Shown here: positions 23,540 to 35,215 of the stretch, piece after piece
How positions within the stretch are numbered: position 1 is the first letter of the stretch
How the letters are laid out: every line of letters starts with the position of its first letter
NCBI RefSeq assembly: GCF_001194135.2
Contig: NC_068981.1
Span: 135,395,238-135,452,482, forward strand
Length of the DNA stretch: 57,245 bases
Reading direction: 5' to 3'
DNA from: Octopus bimaculoides
Taxonomy: Eukaryota
Program-made: the position numbers and the translations under genes
The notes under the pieces: model-generated
Databases searched by the model: none
Seen by the model: only the letters and a program-made list of their open reading frames with translations
What the model was told of the DNA's origin: nothing

Positions 23540-24660
23540 ATATCATTATCATCATTTAATGTCCGTCTTCCATGCTGGTATGGGTTGGATGGTATGACAG
23601 GATCCTGCAAGCTGCAAGGCTACATCAAGCTTCAATGTCAGCTTTGGCATTGTTTCTATGGCTGGCTGCCTTTGCTAATGCCAACCACTACACTGTTTGA
23701 AAAACAAACAGGTTGGATGGCCAGAGTTGAAAGGCAGACCTAAAGGGTTAAAAGATGACAGCTGTACAATCCAGTTTCTTTTGTACATTCTGTAAAGTGG
23801 TTGGCAATAGGAAGAACATCCAGACCAAGTAAGACCATGCCAAAAAAAACAAAAAAAAAAAAAACAATGCATGATCAAGACATGGTCACTGATCTGTCTG
23901 GGTAAGCAGTAACTCCAAATAGGGGTTGTCCAACCCATGCTTGCATGGAAAAGCAGACATCAAATAATGGCAATGATCTAACAATAATGGATTAAGATCA
24001 TATCTCTATTATATTTTGTCTAGTTCAGTTATTTGACTGCAGTCATGCTAAGGCACTGCCTAGATGGGTTCAGATAAACAAATCAACCCCAGTACTTATC
24101 TTTTTTTTGAAATCTAATACTTATTCTATTGGTCTCTAACCACTAAGCTACAGGGATGTAAACAAACCAACACTGGTTGTCGCATATGATAGATTTCCAC
24201 AATTTCCATCAACCAAATTTTCTCATGAGGTTGGTGTTAAGAAGGACATCCACCTGTAGAAATCATTCCAAAACAGACAATACAGCTTGGTGCAGTCCTC
24301 TGGCTTGCCAGCTCCTGTTAACCATCAACCAATGCCAGCAAGGGAAATGGATCATCATCATCATTTATGGTCTGTTTCCTATGCTGGCATAGATTGGTTG
24401 GTTTGACAGAAGCTGGAGCAGCTGCATCAAGCTCCAGTTGTCTGTTTCGGCATGATTTCTATGCCTGGATGCCCTTCTTAATGCCAACCACTTTACGGAG
24501 TGTAGTTGGTGCTTTTTACATGGCATCAGTATGTGGGTGTTTTTTACATGGCGCCTGCACAGATGCTCTTTATGCAACATTGGTACAGATGTTCATTATG
24601 TGTTGCCAGCATGGGTACTCTTTACATGAGACTAGTATGAATGTTTTTTATTTGGCACTG
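23540..24660. mobile_element. Cluster of RTE 3' ends in both orientations and a decayed SINE A
   Basis: Tail motifs at about 23540 (-), 23900 (+), 24230 (+) and 24355 (-). Confidence 0.65.
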
Positions 24661-25018
24661 GCATAGGAGTGCTTCCCAATCACATGGTTCTGGGTTCAGT
24701 CCCACTGTGTGGCAACTTGGGCAAGTGTCTTCTACTATAACCTTGGACCGACCAAAGCCTTGTGAGTGGATTTGGTAGACGGAAAGTGAAAGAAGCCCGT
24801 TGTATATATATGTATATGTGTGTCTGTGTTTGTCCCCCCCCCCCACCATCGCTTGACAACCGATGCTGGTGTGTTTATGTCCCCATAACTTAGTGGTTCG
24901 GCAAAAGAGACCGATAGAGTAAGTACAAGGCTTATAAAGAATAAGCCCTGGGATCGATTTGTTTGACTAAAAGTAGTGCTCCAGCATGGCCACAGTCAAA
25001 TGACTGAAACAAAAGAAT
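24661..25018 (+). mobile_element. SINE A, nearly full length
   Basis: Homology to 17946-18380. Confidence 0.8.
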
Positions 25019-25208
25019 GAATGAATATAGATAAATAAATAAAAATAGCTTGTAATATACTGGGTTAAAAATTCCTTGGAAAACAAAAAAAAGATGCTGG
25101 AAACTACTTGCCAGACTTGTAATTTTATAGCAAGACTAAAATACTGACGCAGCTGACTGATTTGAATAATGGCAGACATTGAGAATAAAACAAGGAATAA
25201 ATTAGTCT

Positions 25209-25214
25209 TTATTA
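25209..25214 (-). promoter_or_regulatory. Candidate polyadenylation signal of the C6orf136-like gene
   Basis: AATAAA on the minus strand about 120 nt after the stop codon; the motif is common in AT-rich DNA. Confidence 0.3.
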
Positions 25215-25335
25215 ATAAGAAACTTAAACAACTGTTATACTGTACAATTCAAAATAGCTTTAACATATTTAATTGTAGATATGGCATCATAAAGCTGAGC
25301 TATTTATGCCTCTGAAATTTTTTTTATCATCTAAA

Positions 25336-25461
25336 TTATTTTCTCAGCACCGAAATTCCACATTGTAGAAATCCTGTACGTGGTAGCAAACCAAACAGGA
25401 GCCCAAGCTTCAGAGCTAAATCTGGGTTTTTCTCAGAAAGAAGTTCTTCATCTGAAATTAT
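25336..25461 (-). CDS. C6orf136: Last coding exon of the C6orf136-like gene
   Basis: Strong acceptor tttatttttctttgttttgtttttcag|ATA, phase 0 matching the previous donor. Encodes IISDEELLSEKNPDLALKLGLLFGLLPRTGFLQCGISVLRK then TAA. The hydrophobic LGLLFGL resembles the family C-terminus (human VGALVALGL). Confidence 0.72.
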   Translation of the reverse strand: MISDEELLSEKNPDLALKLGLLFGLLPRTGFLQCGISVLRK

Positions 25462-25558
25462 CTGAAAAACAAAACAAAGAAAAATAAAGACATGATTATG
25501 AACTTATATACAAGCAAGACTATCAAAAGAACCCTAGATAAGCATATAAATTTAATTT

Positions 25559-25594
<36 letters not shown>

Positions 25595-25595
<1 letters not shown>

Positions 25596-25825
25596 GGTTG
25601 CTAGCTGGCAGAAACATCAGCACACTGGGTGAAATGCTTAGCGGTATTTTGTCTGTCTTTATGTTCTGAGTTCAAATTCCGCCGAGGTTGACTTTGCCTT
25701 TTTGTCCTTTCAGCGTTGATAAATTAAGTACTAGTTGCATACTGGGGTTGATCTAATCAACTGGCCTCCTCCCCCAAAATTGTGGGCCTTGTGCCTACAG
25801 TAGAAAAGATTATTATTATTATTAT
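25595..25825 (+). mobile_element. SINE B with (TAT)n tail
   Basis: Homology to other copies; lies about 130 nt from the last C6orf136 acceptor. Confidence 0.8.
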
Positions 25826-25827
25826 TA

Positions 25828-26475
25828 TGGCACGTAAAAGCACCCTCAGAGTGGTTGGCGTTAGAAAGGGCACCCAGCTGTAGAAACTGCCAAATCAGAT
25901 TGGAGCCTGGTGTAACCAACTGGTTCACCAGTCCTCAGTCAAATCGTCCAACCCATGCTAGCATGGAAAGTGGATGTTAAACGATGATGATGATGATGAT
26001 GATTATCATCATCACCTTCAGATGTTGGGCTTCACTGAGATGATGACAAGGGACTGAGGCTTCTGGTGATTTACTCTGCTTAAGACACATCAAGCTAAGT
26101 AAAATTGTAGCCATCCATACATACAGCCATGTCTTTATGGTCATACCACCTCTCCCTCTTTCAACCAAGAGGTCCTTGTCTTGTGAGCTTGCAGGTGCTG
26201 GTGTCAGGTAAAGAGCACCTGTTTCAGTGCCATGTACAAAGCATCTGTGCCATGGCATGTAAAAAGCACAGATGCTGGTGCCATGTAAGAAAGCATTCAT
26301 GCGAGTGCCACATAAAAAGCACCAAGTACACTCTGTAAAATGATTGGTGTTAGACAGTGCATCCAGTCATAGATACCATTCCAAAACAGACAACTAGAGC
26401 CTGGTGCAGCTCTCTGGCTGGCCAGCCCCTGTCAAACCATTCAACCCATACCAGTATGGAAAATGGAAATCTTAA
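25828..26475. mobile_element. RTE 3' ends: + 25828-26000, - 26005-26200, + 26200-26475
   Basis: Tail motifs; (GAT)n meets (CAT)n at about 26000. Confidence 0.7.
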
Positions 26476-26589
26476 TGATCAATGAACTGGACACGGTTTA
26501 GCAGTAGACATAAACAACGACACTGTAACAATGTCACCAATATGGTGACATTGTTTACATGCAGCATGTAAACAATAATAGGAAGAAGG

Positions 26590-27135
26590 TGGTGAGCTGG
26601 CAGAAACGTTAGCAAGCTGGACGAAATGCTTAGCGGTATTTCGTCTGTTTTACGTTCGGAGTTCAAATCCTGCTGAAGTCAACTTTGCCTTTCATCCTTT
26701 CAGGGTCGATAAATTAGGTACTTGTTGCGTACTGGGGTCAATCTAATCGACTGGCTCCCTCCCCACAAATTTGTTCTGAGTTCAAATTCCGCCGAGGTCA
26801 ACTTTGCCTTTCATCCTTACAGGGTCGATAAATTAAGTACCAGTTACACACTGGGGTCGATGTAATTGACTTAATCCCTTTGTCTATCTTTGTTTGTCCC
26901 TTCTATGTTTAGCCGCTTGTGGGCAATAAAGAAATAAGAAATGTTAGCACACTGGATGAAATGCATAGCGGTATTTTGTCTGTCTTTACGTTCTGAGTTC
27001 AAATTCTGCTGAAGTTGACTTTGCCTTTCATCCTCTTGGGGTCAATAAATTAAGTACTAGTTGCGTACTGGGGTTGATCTAATTGACTGGACCCCTCCCC
27101 CAAAATTTCGGGCCTTGTGTCTAGAGCAGAAAAGA
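26590..27135 (+). mobile_element. Three tandem SINE B units
   Basis: The core gagttcaaat...ttgcctttcatcc...gtcgataaattaagta occurs three times. Confidence 0.8.
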
Positions 27136-27157
27136 ATATTTAATAGGAAGACGAACA

Positions 27158-27159
<2 letters not shown>

Positions 27160-27231
<72 letters not shown>
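27160..27231. repeat. (TA)n microsatellite
   Basis: Directly visible. Others lie at about 14437, 18105 and 49528. Confidence 0.95.
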
Positions 27232-27232
<1 letters not shown>

Positions 27233-28809
27233 TTGCTGAGCTTCTGTACAGTTTCCACCTAGTTTCACTGACAAGGCATTGATCAGCCTGAGGCTCCAGT
27301 ACTTGTCCACACAGCCATACCTGCACATATATGCCAAATTCATACTGATTTCTAATGTATACACAAGATTTCAAACACTGGCAGAGAAGTATGGTCATTT
27401 GTATGGCCCTCAGAGGGATTTGAACCCAAGATGCAAAGAGATGACAATAAATACTACAAGACATTCTGTCTGACACTATATTAACTTGTAATGAAGATAT
27501 TTAAATAGGTTGTTGTTGAGTAACAGCTTAAGATGGCCAACCACAGAGAGAGAGAGAATGTTTGTGAGAAAGAAAGTGAAAAAATGAGATAATGAATTTA
27601 TGATGTTTGCTGACTGAAGAATCTCTTAAACAATATTGTAAGGTTATCCATGTTTATCATCATCATCATCATCCATGTTGGCATGGGTTAAAATTTAGAC
27701 TTAAAACATACAAGCCTCGTTTTAAGAATAGCAAAGAGCTGGCTTGTTTAGGATATTCTGTTTGATGTTCCGTTGTTAAAATTGTTGATGTTAATGCCAA
27801 AATCAACCCTCATCAAGTAAACTGACTTTCAAAGCTGTCCCAGTTAAGATCCTCCTCCTCCTGTGTTTTTTTTTTTTTTTTAACACCTACAATAATATAT
27901 CTAGGACCACATTATCCAATGTGCATTTCATTTTTAAAGAACCACTCCCATGAAACTACTGACCCTCTTCTTTCCCACTGATCCACTGTCTGTATCCTCT
28001 CATATCTTGACCTTGCACTTTGAGAGTTTGCTCTGGCGTCCAATCACTACCATCTTTATCTTTTGCCCAGCAATGTCCACCCACCCTTACACAATGTGGG
28101 TTAGCCATGTATCTTCTCTATAGCAAGACACCTGTATTTGATCCTCTATCGTAATTTATCCTCTCAGCACCTGACATGATCTTCTGCCCACTTCTCAAAT
28201 ACTCCTCTCCCACTTAGTTTTTTTGCTTTTTTTTTGCTCTTTCCTGTCTTCCAAGTTAGTTGGTGACCTCACTAGTGCCAGTGGAATAAAGAAAAAAAAA
28301 AGTACCCAGTACACACTGCAAAGAGGTTGGTGCTAGGACGGACATCCAGATGTAGAAACCATGTCAAGCTGGACATAGCCCTCTGGCTTGCCAGCTCCTT
28401 GTCAAAACGTTCAACCCATGTCAGCATGGAAAAATGCAAATTAAATGATGATAATGAATAAGTAGACTGCAATTTGAAGGCAATTTAGCTGTTATTTCTA
28501 GCAGGCTGAGTGACCATGATGCAAAGCAGCTTCCTTGTATGTTTGATAGGAAGGAGTTATTGTTGTTGGTGTTTAACCCCAGGACAACCAGGGGCTGAAC
28601 AATAACAACATAAGATATCCACACCTATGTTATTCAATGTCTCCTTTCAGTTTTAAGATAGTTGGGCATGTATGTGTGTGTGTGTGTGTGTGATTCAAGA
28701 AGGAATTTGGCTCTATTTCTTGCAGGTCAAGTGACAACATAGAACCTCCAGAAGTTTTGCTTTCCTTAGCTACACAGATGGCCACACAAGGAAGATAGAC
28801 ATCACATTA

Positions 28810-29750
28810 CTCTTACTCTTTTACTTGTTTCAGTCATTTGACTGCGGCCATGCTGGAGCACCACCTTTAGCTGAGCAAATCGACCCCAGGACTTATTCTT
28901 TGTAAGCCTAGTACTTATTCTATCGGTCTCTTTTGCTGAACCACTAAGTTATGGGGACGTAGACACACCACCATCGGTTGTCAAGTGATGTTGGGGGGAC
29001 AAACACAGACACGAACATATATATATATATATATATATATATGACAGGCTTTCAGTTTTTTACTCTTTTACTTGTTTCAGTCATTTGACTGTGGCCATGC
29101 TGGAGCACTGCCTTAAACAAATCGACCACCTTAGGACATACTTTTTAAGCCTAGTACTTATTCTATTAATCTTTTTTGCTGAACTGCTAAGATATCGGGA
29201 TGTAAACACACCAACACCAGTTGTCAAGCAGTGATGGATGACAAACACGCACATAGATACGACAGGCTTCTTCCAGTTTCTGTCTATCAAATCCACTCAT
29301 GAGGAACCATGTAGTTGGGAAGCAAGCTTCTTACCACACAATCACACCTGCCCCTATACATTTACATTTTCTCTTTTCTCTTTTACTTGTTTCAGTCATT
29401 TGATTGTGGCCATGCTGGAGCACAACCTTTAGCCGAGCAAATCGACCCCAGGACTTATTCTTTGTAAGCCTAGTACTTATTCTATCAGTCGCTTTTGCCG
29501 AACTGCTAAGTTACGGGGACGTAAACACACCACCATCGGTTGTCAAGTGATGTTGGTGGGGACAAACACAGACACACACATACATATATACGACGGGCTT
29601 CTTTCACTTTCCGTCTACCAAATCCACTCACAAGGCTTTGGTCGGCCCAAGGCTATAGTAGAAGACACTTGCCCAAGGTACCACGCAGTGGGACTGAACC
29701 CAGAACCATGTGGTTGGTAAGCAAGCTACTTACCACATAGCCACTCCTGT
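28810..29750 (-). mobile_element. Three tandem SINE A copies (about 28810-29048, 29055-29350, 29372-29750)
   Basis: The 3' end ttttacttgtttcagtcatttgactg appears three times; only the last copy has a complete head. Confidence 0.8.
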
Positions 29751-30894
29751 ATATTTTAATTGTGAAAGAGGTATATTGACTGTGTGTTTGATAGCTGAAT
29801 GTAAGACTAGGGAACCAAAGCACACAGCAGTATGTTGTATTGTACCCTTAATATAATGCACATGATTGTACTAGCCCCCTGTCTAATCAGTAATATGTAC
29901 AAAGTTTACTTGGTATCTATTGTTGGTTGAGAGGATAACAGCTTAACAGACTACTTAAAAAACATCCCAGCCATGGAAATATAGAAAATATACCAAGAAT
30001 GAAAATGGGAGAATGAGGGAGAGAGTGAGAAAGACAAGCAAAGAGTGAGTGAGTGAGAGATGAGGGAGTGAGTAGGAAAGACAGTGAGTGTGCAAGAGGG
30101 AGTGAATGAGTGGGAGAGACAGCAAGAGAGTGGGAGACAGAAAGAGAGTGAGCGAGAGGGAAAGACACTAAGAGAGTGAGGGGGGAAACTACAAAAACTA
30201 GTGGATAAGATGGAAGGAATGACAGAATGAAAAAAAGAACTGGGGAAGAAATTAAAAAAAAAAAAAAAGAGAAGGTGAATATGTGACTGTAAGGTCAAGA
30301 GATATAGAAACAAGCTTGAACTAGCTTGATCATTCAGAAGTTCAACATATCAAGATTAAAAAAAAATCTTGAAAAGGTTCCCCTAAGATTAGCTNNNNNN
30401 NNNNNNNNNNNNNNNNNNNNNNNNNNNNNNNNNNNNNNNNNNNNNNNNNNNNNNNNNNNNNNNNNNNNNNNNNNNNNNNNNNNNNNNNNNNNNNNNNNNN
30501 NNNNNNNNNNNNNNNNNNNNNNNNNNNNNNNNNNNNNNNNNNNNNNNNNNNNNNNNNNNNNNNNNNNNNNNNNNNNNNNNNNNNNNNNNNNNNNNNNNNN
30601 NNNNNNNNNNNNNNNNNNNNNNNNNNNNNNNNNNNNNNNNNNNNNNNNNNNNNNNNNNNNNNNNNNNNNNNNNNNNNNNNNNNNNNNNNNNNNNNNNNNN
30701 NNNNNNNNNNNNNNNNNNNNNNNNNNNNNNNNNNNNNNNNNNNNNNNNNNNNNNNNNNNNNNNNNNNNNNNNNNNNNNNNNNNNNNNNNNNNNNNNNNNN
30801 NNNNNNNNNNNNNNNNNNNNNNNNNNNNNNNNNNNNNNNNNNNNNNNNNNNNNNNNNNNNNNNNNNNNNNNNNNNNNNNNNNNNNNNNNNNNNN

Positions 30895-30957
30895 CACTAG
30901 GCTCGACATTGCTTAACTCTGGCAATCAGACGGAACCGGTGCTCTCAACGTGATATC
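30895..30957 (-). pseudogene. 5S rRNA-derived fragment (pseudogene or SINE3 head), cut by a gap
   Basis: Minus strand atatcacgttgagagcaccggttccgtctgattgccagagttaagcaatgtcgagcc resembles the recalled molluscan 5S ATATCACGTTGAAAGCACCGGTTCTCGTCCGATCACCGAAGTTAAGCAACGTCGAGCC; the first ~10 nt are missing. Confidence 0.7.
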
Positions 30958-30988
30958 AATAAATAAAATAAAACGAATATATATATAT

Positions 30989-31147
30989 CATCATCATCGT
31001 TTAACGTCCGCTTTCCATGCTAGCATGGGTTGGACGACTTGACTGAGGACTGGTGAAACCGGATGGCAACACCAGGCTCCAATCTAAATTTGGCAGAGTT
31101 TCTACAGCTGGATGCCCTTCCTAACGCCAACCACTCAGAGAGTGTAG
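30989..31147 (-). mobile_element. RTE 3' end, young subfamily
   Basis: As above; sits inside a short palindrome. Confidence 0.8.
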
Positions 31148-31784
31148 ATATATATATATATTCGTTTTATTTTATTTACTGATTGATTTTTCAAATTGTT
31201 AATTTGCAAATATTATACTAATGTATTTTCATGCAGAACTACATTTTATCAAAAAATTCCCTCCAAAAATGAATGATTGGAAGGGGTATATTCTAAATGT
31301 AACTCAAAGAGGAGAAAAAGAAAGGAGGAAATAGGAAGGAAAAAGAGAGAAAGAAAACAAAAAGACTTTGTGATGATCAAACCTTTTTTTTTCTATTAAG
31401 AGGTCACCATCCTTAAACCCATTCCAATACAATGGAAAAGGACTAAGTAAATAAATGAATGAATGGTAAGAGGAAGGTGGATACTCCTTCTCTCTCTCTA
31501 TCAGCCTATCTACCTACCTATATTTCTATCTATCCATCTCCATTGTCTTGGAACCTCACCCCAAAAACGAAAAAACAAAACAAAACAATGTTCTCTTCTA
31601 AACAAAACTCCCCAAAACATGTTTTATATAAATGAACAAGCTGTTTGTACATTCACAAAATTGTATTTTGACAAGTTCTAGAGAGGAAAGAAAGCGCTAA
31701 TAATAATGAAGAAATAAAAGGATTTTTCCCCTAAAATTCTGACATTTTCCCCCTCAATATTCAATTCTGTACATCACGCCTAAC

Positions 31785-31872
31785 ACTCTACACACACACA
31801 CATATATGTAACATGGTATATATACATATATAACATGGTATATATATATATATACATACATATGTAACATAG

Positions 31873-31906
<34 letters not shown>

Positions 31907-31941
31907 ACATAGTATATATATATACATACATATGTAACATA

Positions 31942-31996
<55 letters not shown>

Positions 31997-32071
31997 ACAT
32001 GGTATATATATATATATATATATATATATACAACATGGTATATATACAACATGGTATATATATATATATAT
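31785..32071. repeat. Compound (TA)n array with a recurring aacat(g/a)gta spacer
   Basis: Directly visible. Confidence 0.85.
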
Positions 32072-32200
32072 AGAAACTCTGCCAAATTAGATTGGAGCCT
32101 GGTGTTGCCATCCGGTTTCACCAGTCCTCAGTCAAATCGTCCAACCCATGCTAGCATGGAAGGCGGACGTTAAATGATGATGATGATGATGATGATGATA
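32072..32200 (+). mobile_element. RTE 3' end, young subfamily
   Basis: Shares the variant ccggatggcaacacc with 30989-31147; (GAT)n tail. Confidence 0.8.
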
Positions 32201-32879
32201 CATACATATATATGTAAGATATGGTATATATATATAATAGAGAGAGAGAGACAGACAGAGATATGTATCTTGATAATACCATGTGAAATTAGAAGATTTG
32301 AGCTAGTTGATAAAGTTAATATTCGTATTTATTTTCTTACAAATGTTTGTACTTTGAACCTTCCAGAACATTCTACATACTCTTTCATATTAAGAAAAAA
32401 AAAAACACAAAAAAACTCCTCCTCAGTCCTGTCATTGAGACGACAATTATCTCAATATCGGTTTCTTTTTTGTCCTTATTAAAACATGGCAAGTTTTCTT
32501 TTATCAGCACACCCAAACAGTCTGTTTTCTCTCTTATCTACTTTAAACAGCCAGATTAACCAATATCTTGTATTTCTACAGATATTTGTTGCTTTCCATG
32601 TTTGTTGACTCTACTTAAAGAGGTAATGGAGCAGTAGTGTCATACTAATAATATGAACTGGTCTAGTTAGTCCTGTAGCTGTTGATTAAAAGGCAATATT
32701 TCTCCCCAAAAATAATGGAGTGAGCAAGCCACTACATTTTACATTTGGCCTGCTAGAAATAATAACCAAATAAGGTTTGAAATACTATCTTAAACTAGGA
32801 AGGACCACATTGCATAATATGACCCTGGAGGAACAATACCTGAATTATAATTTTTTGGATAATTATGCTTTAATAATAA

Positions 32880-33066
32880 TAACTATAATCCTTTCTATTA
32901 AGGGCATCAATCAACCCCAGTGTTTCACTGGCACTTGACTTATTGACCCTGAAAGGATGAAAGGCAAAGTTGACCTCGGCAGAATTTGAACTCTCAGAAT
33001 GTAAAGGGGGATGAAATGCTGCTAAGCATTTTACTGGTGTGCTAACAATTCTGCCAGCTCACCACC

Positions 33067-33101
<35 letters not shown>

Positions 33102-33410
33102 CCTGTCTACTATAGGCACAAGGCTGAAATTTGGGGGAGGGAGACAGTCGATTACATTGACCCCAGTATTCAACTGGTACTTATTTTATCGACCCTGGAA
33201 GGATGAAAGGTGAAGTCAACCTTGGCAGAATTTGAACTCAGAATATAAAACAGGAAAAAAATGCCATGAAGCATTTTTGATTCAAGTTTTGACACAAAGT
33301 CAGCAATTTTAAAGAGAAAGGGAGTCAATTATATTGGCCTCCAATACTTCACTGGTACTTCATTTTAGTGACCCTGAAAAGATGAAAGCAAAGGGTCAGA
33401 TGAAAAGCTG
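32880..33410 (-). mobile_element. Three tandem SINE B units
   Basis: Repeated core, with an (AAT)n tail abutting the neighbouring head. Confidence 0.7.
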
Positions 33411-34039
33411 CAGTGTTTGTTTTTTTTTTTTTTGGCATTCTAACAATTCCACACTGTCCCCATGTTTGGCATAATTGTGACCAAAGGGGTGGGGGAGAGA
33501 GATGTAGAGTAGAGAAACTTAGTGATAGGAGTGAGAAGAGGGTAGGGGAGGAAGTAATGGGAGAGAGACAGTTATGGGCACATTGTTGGGTGTTGGTAAG
33601 GAGATTGGATGAGAAACAGCATAAGTAATATATGGGATAGCAATATAGATGGACAATTTTAATAACTAGCCTAGCTAGGGTGGAGGAGTAAGTGCGGCAC
33701 TTTTCATCATGTCGTAGGCTATTGCTGTAAGCAATGTATTTTTTGTGGGGTCCAGGGGCAGCAAACAGAAGGACCGCCCTGGGTAACACATATCTAGCTA
33801 TGCTAGTGGTTTTAATTATTTTAATGTCCACTTTTCCAATGTTTGTATTGGTTCGATGTAATTTGTTGAGGCAGATTTTCTATGGCTGGCTGCCCTTCCT
33901 ATCATCAATCCTCATCTGTTTCCCAAGCAAGGTAATATTTCCCTGTGGTTGGACATAGACATGTTTTCACATGAAGGACACTGCTGTATAATGTGATGCC
34001 AAGACAAGGAGGCACAAACACAGATGTACAAATAGCTTC

Positions 34040-34220
34040 TCTCTCTCTCTCTCTCTCTCGCATACTGGGCTTCTTTCTGTTTCCATATACCATATCCACT
34101 TACAAGGTTGTGGTTGACCTGGGACTATAATAAAAAGTAAGACACTCGCTGAAGGTGCCATGCAGTAAGACTGAACCCCAAACCATCTGGTTGGGAAACA
34201 AATTTCTTAACCACACCACC
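34040..34220 (-). mobile_element. SINE A, 5' half
   Basis: Homology to other copies. Confidence 0.6.
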
Positions 34221-34874
34221 ATAGCCATGTTTGCAATGAAAAGTCATGTAGAGGAGAGAGTGATGGTAGAAGGTAATGGATATGAACAGCTAGCTTCCAT
34301 CTCGTTACATAGGCTTCATGAAGAAAGAAAAGGTGATACAGGGCTGATAGTTGAAGACAGAGTGATAAGGAGTGGTCATAGAATTAAATATGAACAGGTC
34401 AAATACCACTCCTTGTTATGCAGATGGTATGATATAGTGGATAGGAGAGAGTGGCAAATGACAGATGAGAGTGTAACAAAGAGGACAGTTACAAAAAGCA
34501 AGATACATCATCATCATTTAATGTCCAGTTTCCATGCTGGCATGGGTTGGACAGTTTGATAAGAGCTGTACAGGTTCTATAGTCTGCTTTGGATGGGTTT
34601 CTATGGCTGGATGCCCTTTCTAACACCAATCACTTTACTGAGTGTACTGGGTGCTTTTATTGTGGTACCATCACCAGTGCTTTTTCTACTGATTAGACAA
34701 AAAAAAAAAACAAGGCTGAATTCCTTTGACCATAGGTCTATTTGGTCAAACTGTCCTAGGGTAAAGTAACAACACAATTCATTGATGGTATATAAGATTC
34801 ACTTCTTTTCCAAGAATATCACCCTGGGTCCTATATGTGAAGTTGGGCTTCCCATAAGCTAATATTTACTTCTT

Positions 34875-35215
34875 TTATCTTCTATCTTTTACTCGCCTCA
34901 GTCATGAGACTGTGGCCATGCTAGGGCACTACCTTGAAGAATTTTTAGTCAAATGAATTGACCCCAGTACTTATTTTTTCTTTTTCAAGCTTGGTACTTA
35001 TTCTGTTGGTCTCTTTTGCCAAACTGCTAAGTAATGGGGGACATAAACACACACACACACAAATATATATGCAACAGGCTTCTTTCGGTTTCTGTCTACC
35101 AAACCCATTCACAAGGCTTTATAGTAGAAGACACTTGCCCAAAGTGCCATGAAGTGGCACTGAACCCAAAACCGTGTGGCTGGGAAGCAAGCTTCTTACC
35201 ACACAGCCATGCCTG
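34875..35215 (-). mobile_element. SINE A, full length
   Basis: Homology to other copies. Confidence 0.75.

Noticed and set aside
32582-32622. 41-nt + strand exon candidate (ICCFPCLLTLLKE)
   Set aside because: Splice-like signals only; no partner exon or homology, and such pairs arise often by chance in AT-rich DNA.
34155-34559. 134-aa ORF
   Set aside because: Starts in a SINE A, ends in an RTE tail, purine-rich middle with no recognisable motif or splice signals.
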